Of a stretch of 64,000 nt of DNA, positions 55,995-64,000 are shown piece after piece. Both the position numbers and the translations under genes were made by a program. Source of the stretch: Eledone cirrhosa (Eukaryota); assembly GCA_964016885.1 (NCBI GenBank), contig OZ024742.1, forward strand, positions 364,746,001-364,810,000, in the 5' to 3' direction. Numbering within the stretch: the stretch's first letter is position 1; each line of letters opens with the position of its first letter. Under the pieces are notes generated by a model. That model was not told the DNA's origin, ran no database searches, and saw only the letters and a program-made list of their open reading frames with translations.

Positions 55995-56445
55995 GGGTGA
56001 CACCGGTGGTAACACTAGCGGTGAGACTGGTGGTGACACTGATATTGTGTGGGGCTGACACTGGTGGTAAAACTAGTGGTGACACTGATATTGTGTGGGG
56101 CTGACACTGGTGGTAACACTAGTGGTGACTCTGATATTGTGTGGGGCTGACACTGGTGGTAACACTAGGGGTGACACTAGTGGTGAGACTGGTGGTGACA
56201 CTGAAATTGTGTGGTGGTGACACTGGTGGTAACACTAGGGGTGACACTAGTGGTGAGACTGGTGGTGACACTGAAATTGTGTGGTGGTGACACTGGTGGT
56301 AACACTAGGGGTGACACTAGTGGTGAGACTGGTGGTGACACTGAAATTGTGTGGTGGTGACGCTGGTGGTAACACTAGGGGTGACACTAGTGGTGAGACT
56401 GGTGGTGACACTGAAATTGTGTGGTGGTGACACTGGTGGTAGTGA
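55995..56445. repeat. Minisatellite built of GGTGACACT-like subunits, with a 70-bp period in its right half
   Basis: AACACTAGGGG recurs at 56161, 56231, 56301, 56371. Confidence 0.9.
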
Positions 56446-57659
56446 TGACATTGATGTACTTTAAGATGTTCTTACTGCTGTTGGTTGTGGTTTCATTTTG
56501 TTTTAATAAAGTCAGACCTGATATAGCTGACCTGCCATCATTACAATTATGACTACCTGCTATTTCTTACTGCTATTTCTGGCAGGTCTATCGACCGTGT
56601 ATAGACTCCCTCATTAGTTCTTGTCCAAATTATACTGTTATTAATTTCATCGGTCCCTGAAGGGGGATTTATATGCCGAGTTCCACAGAAATTGAATTTA
56701 TAATGTCTAATCCCCCCCCCCCCCTAGTCATTTAGCTATGTTTATCAGTGGAATCAAAAGTACCTTTGGTTCCCCTACAACTATAACATGTATAATAGAC
56801 TAGAGGAAGTGTTGTAGCCTTTCTAACTGAGCTCGGAGCTAATTGCTAGCCTCACCCACCCCTATGGCTATAACATTCTACCCAACACCCTCTAAATATA
56901 TTTTCTATAAATAGACAAATATATAATATATTGGCTCTCTTAATAAACCCTATGTACGCCTGTGGCTATTTTTAATTCATCGTCACTTTCAATTGAACAG
57001 AACACAAATATGAGAGACTCTAGGTCCGCCATCTACTGAAACACTTTATAGTTTTCAGCTTTTTGTCGATAAATGAAGAAAGTGAATAGAGATTGTTTGT
57101 CAGCACTTCGATATTTTCAACAACTAAAGAAGACTTTATTACCTAAAACATAAAATAGAAAATATAAACACAAAAGCAGAGATAAATTACAAACAATATA
57201 TGAATTATTCTCTCTGGCTTCTGCATATAGTAACTTACCTGAAAAGTAAAACAACAAAAGTACACTGAACAGATTGTCATGAAATGAAAGAATAGCGTCT
57301 ATACCTAAACCAAAAATGAAAAGATAGCCGAGAAATGGGGAATTCTATGCTGCATTGCCTTCATTCTCCATCAATAGAACTATGATAAGAAAGTACAAAT
57401 TCCAACTAATGTATTTTCTATATATAGAAGCCAAATAATCACTCCTAATCACACATACAAATGAAATATGCTCCCTCCTGGCAATAATACTTGATGATAT
57501 TTAGTTGGTATTGAGTAACGGTTTCCATCCAGAATGTAGAATATAATGAGGTAATTGCTGGCCTTGTGCCAACAGTAGAAACACTTTATTATGTCGACCA
57601 TAGTAGATCGTAATTTAAGGCAAGATAGGATGAAACATAGGCTCCCAAGTCTAACAGAC

Positions 57660-60600
57660 TACATCTCTCTTTCTCTCCTCTCTATCTCTCTCTTTCTGTC
57701 TGTCTGTTTCTCTCTCTCTCTCTCTCTCTCCATCTCTATCTTCCTGTCCCACTCTCTCTCTCTATCGCTCTCTCTCTTTATGTCTGTCTGTTTGCTTGTC
57801 TCCCTCTCTCTCTCTCACTCTCTATCGTCCTGTCCCTCTCTATCTCTCCCCCTCTCTCACTCCATCTCTATCTTCCTGTCCCACTATATCCCTCCATCTC
57901 TCACTCCATCTATATCTCTCCTCTTCTCTCACTCCATCTCTATCTTCCTGTCCCACTATATCCCTCCATCTCTCACTCCATCTATATCTCTCCTCTTCTC
58001 TCACTCCATCTCTATCTTCCTGTCCCACTATATCCCTCCATCTCTCACTCCATCTATATCTCTCCTCTTCTCTCACTCCATCTCTATCTTCCTGTCCCAC
58101 TCTCTCTCTCTTTATGTCTGTCTGTTTGTTTGTCTCCCTCTCTCTCTCTCTATCGTCCTGTCCCACTCTATCTCTCCCCCTCTCTCACTCCATCTCTATC
58201 TTCCTGTCCCACTCTATCTGTCCCCACCTCTCACTCCATCTCTGTCTTCCTGTCCCACTCTATACCTCCCTCTCTCACTCCATCTCTATATTCCTGTCCC
58301 ACCCTATCTGTCGCCCTCTCTCACTCCATCTCTGTCTTCCTGTCCCAATCTATCTCTCCCCCTCTCTCACTGCATCTCTATCTTCCTGCCCCACTCTATC
58401 TCTCCCCCTCTCTCACTCCATCTCTATCTTCCTGCCCCACTCTATATGTCCCCCTTCATCACTCCATCTCTATCTTCCTGTCCCACTCTATCTCTACCCC
58501 TCTCTCACTCCATCTATGTCTTCCTGTCCCACTCTATCTGTACCTCTCTCTCACTCCATCTCTATCTGCCTGTCCCACTCTATCTCTCCCCCTCTCTCAC
58601 TCCATCTCTATCTTCCTGCCCCACTCATTCTGTCCCCCTCTGTCACTCCATCTATGTCTTCCTGTCCCCCTCTCTCACTCCATCTATGTCTTCCTGTCCC
58701 ACTCTATCTCTCCCCCACTCTCACTCCATCTCTATCTTCCCGTCCCACTCTACCTCCCCCCTCTCTCACTCCATCTCAATCTTCCTGTCCCACTCTATCT
58801 CTCCCCCTCTCTCACTCCATCTCTATCTTCCTGTCCCACTCTATCTCTCCCCCTCTCTCACTCCATCTCTATATTCCCCTCCCACGCTATCTCTCCCCCT
58901 CTCTCACCCCATCTCTATCTTCCTGCCCCACTCATTCTGTCCCCCTCTCTCACTCCATCTATGTCTTCCTGTCCCCCTCTCTCACTCCATCTCTATCTTC
59001 CCGTCCCACTCTATCTCTCCCCCTCTCTCACTCCATCTCAATCTTCCTGTCCCACTCTATCTCTCCCCCTCTCTCACTCCATCTCTATCTTCCTGCCCCA
59101 CTCTATCTGTCCCACTCTCTCACTCCATCTATGTCTTCCTGTTCCACTCCATCTCTCCCCCTCTCTCACTCCATCTATGTCTGCCTGTCCTACTCTATCT
59201 CTCCCCCTCTCTCACTCCATCTCTATCTTCCTGTCCCATTCTATCTCTCCCCCTCTCTCACTCCATCTCTATCTTCCCGTCCCACTCTACCTCCCCCTCT
59301 CTCACTCCATCTCTATCTTCCTGTCCCACTCTATCTCTCCCCCTCTCTCACTCCATCTCTATCTTGCTGTCCCACTCTGTCTCTCCCCCTCTCTCACTCC
59401 ATATCTGTCTTCCTGTCCCACTCTATCACTCCCCCTCTCTCACTCCATCTCTATCTTCCTGTCCCACTCTATCTGTTCCCCTCTCTCACTCCATCTCTAT
59501 CTTCCTGCCCCACTCTATCTCTCCCCCTCTCTCACTCCATCTATATCTTCCTGCCCCACTCTATCTCTCCCCCTCTCTCACTCCATCTATGTCTTCCTGT
59601 CCCACTCTATCTCTCCCCCTCTCTCACTCCATCTCTATCTTCCTGTCCCACTCTATCTCTCCCCCTCTCTCACTCCATCTCTATCTTCCCGTCCCACTCT
59701 ACCTCCCCCTCTCTCACTCCATCTCTATCTTCCTGTCCCACTCTATCTCTCCCCCTCTCTCACTCCATCTCTATCTTGCTGTCCCACTCTATCTCTCCCC
59801 CTCTCTCACTCCATATCTGTCTTCCTGTCCCACTCTATCTCTCCCCCTCTCTCACTCCATCTCTATCTTCCTGTCCCACTCTATCTCTCCCCCTCTCTCA
59901 CTCCATCTCTATCTTCCCGTCCCACTCTACCTCCCCCTCTCTCACTCCATCTATATCTTCCTGTCCCACTCTATCTCTCCCCCTCTCTCACTCCATCTCT
60001 ATCTTCCTGTCCCACTCTATCTCTACCCCTCTCTCACTCCATCTCTATCTTCCTGCCCCACTCTATCTCTCCCCCTCTCTCACTCCATCTCTATCTTCCT
60101 GTCCCACTCTATCTCTCCCCCTCTCTCACTCCATCTTTATCTTCCCCTCCCACGCTATCTCTACCCCTCTCTCACTCCATCTCTATCTTCCTGTCCCACT
60201 CTATCTCTCCCCCTCTCTCACTCCATCTCTATCTTCCAGTCCCACTCTATCTCTCCCCCTCTCTCACTCCATCTCTATCTTCCCCTCCCACGCTATCTCT
60301 CCCACTCTCTCACTCCATCTATGTCTTCCTGTTCCACTCCATCTCTCCCCCTCTCTCACTCCATCTATGTCTGCCTCTCCTACTCTATCTCTCCCCCTCT
60401 CTCACTCCATCTCTATCTTCCTGTCCCCCTCTCTCACTCCATCTCTATCTTCCCGTCCCACTCTACCTCCCCCTCTCTCACTCCATCTATATCTTCCTGT
60501 CCCACTCTATCTCTCCCCCTCTCTCACTCCATCTCTATCTTCCTGTCCCACTCTATCTCTACCCCTCTCTCACTCCATCTCTATCTTCCTGCCCCACTCT

Positions 60601-62632
60601 ATCTCTCCCCCTCTCTCACTCCATCTCTATCTTCCTGTCCCACTCTATCTCTCCCCCTCTCTCACTCCATCTTTATCTTCCCCTCCCACGCTATCTCTAC
60701 CCCTCTCTCACTCCATCTCTATCTTCCTGTCCCACTCTATCTCTCCCCCTCTCTCACTCCATCTCTATCTTCCAGTCCCACTCTATCTCTCCCCCTCTCT
60801 CACTCCATCTCTATCTTCCCCTCCCACGCTATCTCTCCCACTCTCTCACTCCATCTATGTCTTCCTGTTCCACTCCATCTCTCCCCCTCTCTCACTCCAT
60901 CTATGTCTGCCTCTCCTACTCTATCTCTCCCCCTCTCTCACTCCATCTCTATCTTCCTGTCCCACTCTATCTTTCCCCCTCTCTCACTCTATCTCTATCT
61001 TACCGTCCCACTCCATCTCTCCCCCTCTCTCACTCCATCTATGTCTTCCCGTCCCACTCTATCTCTCCCCTCTCTCACTCCATCTCTATCTTCCTGCCCC
61101 ACTCTATCTGTCCCCCTCTCTCACTCCATCTCTATCTTCCCGTCCCACTCCATCTCTCCCCCTCTCTCACTCCATCTATGTCTTCCTGTCCCACACTATC
61201 TCTCCCCTCTCTCACTCCATCTCTATCTTCCTGTCCCACTCTATCTCTCCCCCTCTCTCACTCCATCTCTATCTTCTGGTCCCACTCTATCTGTCACCCT
61301 CTCTCAATCCATCTCTATCTTCCTTCCCCACTCTATCTCTCCCCCTCTCTCACTCCATCTCTATCTTCCTGTCCCACTCTATCTGTCCCCCTCCATCACT
61401 CCATCTCTATCTTCCCGTCCCACTCCATCTCTCCCCCTCTCTCACTCCATCTATGTCTTCCTGTCCCACTCTACCTCCCCCCTCTCTCACTCCATCTATG
61501 TCTTCCTGTCCCACTCTATCTCTCCCCCTCTCTCACTGCATCTCCATCTTCCTGCCCCACTCTATCTCTCCCCCTCTCTCACTATATCTCTATCTTCCTG
61601 TCCCACTCTATCTGTCCCCCTCTCTCACTCCATCTCTATCTTCCTGTCCCATTCTATCTTTCCCCCTCTCTCACTCCATCTCTATCTCCCTCCTCTCTCA
61701 CTCCATCTCTGTCTTCCTGCCCCACTCTATCTCTCCCCCTCTCTCACTCTATCTCTATCTTCCTGTCCCACTCTATCTGTCCCCCTCTCCCCCTCTATCT
61801 CTATCTTCCTGTCCCACTCTATCTGTCCCCCTCTCTCACTCCGTCTCTATCTTCCTGTCCCACTCTACCTCCCCTCTCTCTCACTCCATCTCTGTCTTCC
61901 TGCCCCACTCTATCTCTCCCCATCTCTCACTCCATCTCTATCTTCCTGCCCCACTCTATCTCTCCCCCTCTCTCACTCCATCTCTATCTTCCTGTCCCAC
62001 TCTATCTCTCCCCCTCTCTCACTCCATCTCTATCTTCCTGTCCCACTCTATCTCTCCCCCTCTCTCACTCCATCTCTATCTTTCTGTCCCACTCTATCTC
62101 TCCCCCTCTCTCACTCCATCTCTGTCTTCCTGTCCCACTCTATCTCCCCACCCTCTCTCACTCCATCTCTATCTTCCTGCCCCACTCTATCTGCCCCCCT
62201 CTCTCACTCCATCTATGTCTTCCTGCCCCACTCTAACTCCATCTCTATCTTCCTGCCCCACTCTATCTCTCCCCCTCTCTCACTGCATCTCTATCTTCCT
62301 GCCCCACTCTATCTCTCCCCCTCTCTCACTCCATCTCTATCTTCCTGCCCCACTCTATCTCTCCCCCTCTCTCACTCCATCTCTATCTTTCTGTCCCACT
62401 CTATCTCTCCCCCTCTCTCACTCCATCTCTGTCTTCCTGTCCAACTCTATCTCCCCCCCCCTCTCTCACTCCATCTCTATCTTCCTGCCCCACTCTATCT
62501 GTCCCCCTCTCTCACTCCATCTCTATATTCCTGCCCCACTCTAACTCCATCTCTATCTTCCTGCCCCACTCTATCGCTACCTCTGTCTCTGTCTTTCATC
62601 CTCTTCATTCCTCCCTCACTCTCTCTCTCTCT
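57660..62632. repeat. 46-bp CT-rich minisatellite, about 5 kb
   Basis: Unit CTCTATCTCTCCCCCTCTCTCACTCCATCTCTATCTTCCTGTCCCA. Confidence 0.95.
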
Positions 62633-62736
62633 ATTTATATAATTTCTCTGACCATCTTACCTGTCTGTGTGTCTACATCTATCTGCTCACGTATAACATA
62701 ATGTCGTTGTACTTGTACATACATAAAACATTGTAC

Positions 62737-62799
<63 letters not shown>

Positions 62800-62814
62800 T
62801 ATATATAATATTAT

Positions 62815-62870
<56 letters not shown>

Positions 62871-62886
62871 ATATATATAATATTAT

Positions 62887-62937
<51 letters not shown>

Positions 62938-62952
62938 TATATATAATATTAT

Positions 62953-62985
<33 letters not shown>
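62737..62985. repeat. (TA)n with a repeated CACACATAT..AATATTATTACT spacer
   Basis: Three compound units here; a fourth at about 63520-63550. Confidence 0.85.
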
Positions 62986-62988
<3 letters not shown>

Positions 62989-63057
62989 TATGAAGAGAGA
63001 AGAAACATTTAGATATAATTAGTAATAAAATGTATCATACCTAAACTGTTCCTAAAT

Positions 63058-63145
63058 TCCTCGACTACGTAGTTTCGTGGCATAAACAAAAACAATATAT
63101 CAAAGATATAGAGTCCTTGCGAGGTCTGCCGACTTATCAAGAGGA
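63058..63145 (-). ncRNA. Type I hammerhead, U3-A8 variant, in an unrelated Penelope-type remnant (about 62988-63410)
   Basis: UCCUC-UUGAUAA-GU(C)GGCA...UGCCAC-GAAA-CUACGUAG-UC^GAGGA. Confidence 0.8.
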
Positions 63146-63493
63146 TACCTCATTTTACTAGTCTCAAGAACGCGTCTACACGACGTGAGAAAGAATCCCA
63201 AAAGGCGGAGGGGGAGACAGTCACGCGATATAACGGTCGAGAAACAGAGCTAAGCCTCTTATAACCCCGAAGAAAATACCACGGAGGCGGAGGGGGTATT
63301 CACATCGAGGCCGCAGAAGAGGTAGTGAAGAAGGCGAGAAGTATGAGTAATGGAAGCTTTCCAGTTGTCCCCACACTTCAAAGATTGCTCGACCAGAGGG
63401 AGTTATTAATATATTTAGAAACACACAGATACATGCGGACACACACATATATACATGAATGCATCCGCATATCTGTGTGTTTCTAAATATATT

Positions 63494-63527
<34 letters not shown>

Positions 63528-63542
63528 TATATATAATATTAT

Positions 63543-63584
<42 letters not shown>

Positions 63585-63645
63585 AAGAGTACCGCTACGA
63601 TACATAATTTCTAATACAAAGTACATAAATGCTCTCTGATTTGCC

Positions 63646-64000
63646 TAAACATAGAAATGACCCAGCAGATAGGCAAATAAGAGAGGCCAGTGAAATAGAA
63701 CTTAGAAGGCCAAGGCTAAACAGAAAGAATGAATGGAATAACAACACCCAAACAAACAACACTGACCTAAGAGAAGTATAAATAAATAAATAGATAAATA
63801 AATAAATACATACATACACTAGCACAATAACAACAAACACATATAAACACTCACTAGTAAAGATAGAATACATTAACCAATACACAGTCACCCAATCGCG
63901 AACACACATCAAACAAAACACTATACACACACGCAAACGCATGCGCAAAGAAGACAAAATAAAATAGACAAATAAATAAATATATAAACAGACTAAATAA
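63646..64000 (+). mobile_element. 3' fragment of the Neptune-like Penelope family
   Basis: Encodes KHRNDPADRQIREASEIELRRPRLNRKNEW..TDLREV*, matching the end of the 19681 ORF, plus its 3' UTR; runs off the window. Confidence 0.88.

Noticed and set aside
57591-62642. Three overlapping 1368-1683 aa ORFs
   Set aside because: The 46-bp unit lacks stops on the plus strand and is not a multiple of 3, so all frames cycle through the same peptide; a repeat artefact
63406-63495. Short hairpin as a possible miRNA precursor
   Set aside because: Adjacent to TA tracts and Penelope remnants, better explained as another inverted terminal fragment; no expression evidence

Overview
Eukaryotic, AT-rich, repeat-dominated window. 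The SINE types and dense (TA)n tracts suggest a coleoid cephalopod such as Octopus (inference). No host gene is confidently identifiable. Contents: a near full-length but decayed Tx1-like non-LTR retrotransposon (about 2737-8827, minus) with a second Tx1 fragment; many tRNA-derived SINEs; a Neptune-like Penelope element with a long open RT + GIY-YIG frame (19145-23130, minus); two large palindromic insertions of a second, Nematis-like Penelope family (12356-14938, 27741-31562); many small Penelope terminal-repeat remnants in (TA)n; a 22.6 kb array of a 48-bp satellite (33329-55895); and 70-bp and 46-bp minisatellites. The most striking feature is a set of about a dozen type I hammerhead ribozyme motifs folded by eye, most with non-canonical cores. 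Two unrelated families carry a compensatory U3-A8 pair, four families close stem II with U-U, and one has U4A. Several sit in palindromes that place a ribozyme on both strands. The Tx1 LINEs and the main SINE also share a 3' terminus and (ATT)n context. All structure calls are manual and need computational or experimental confirmation.
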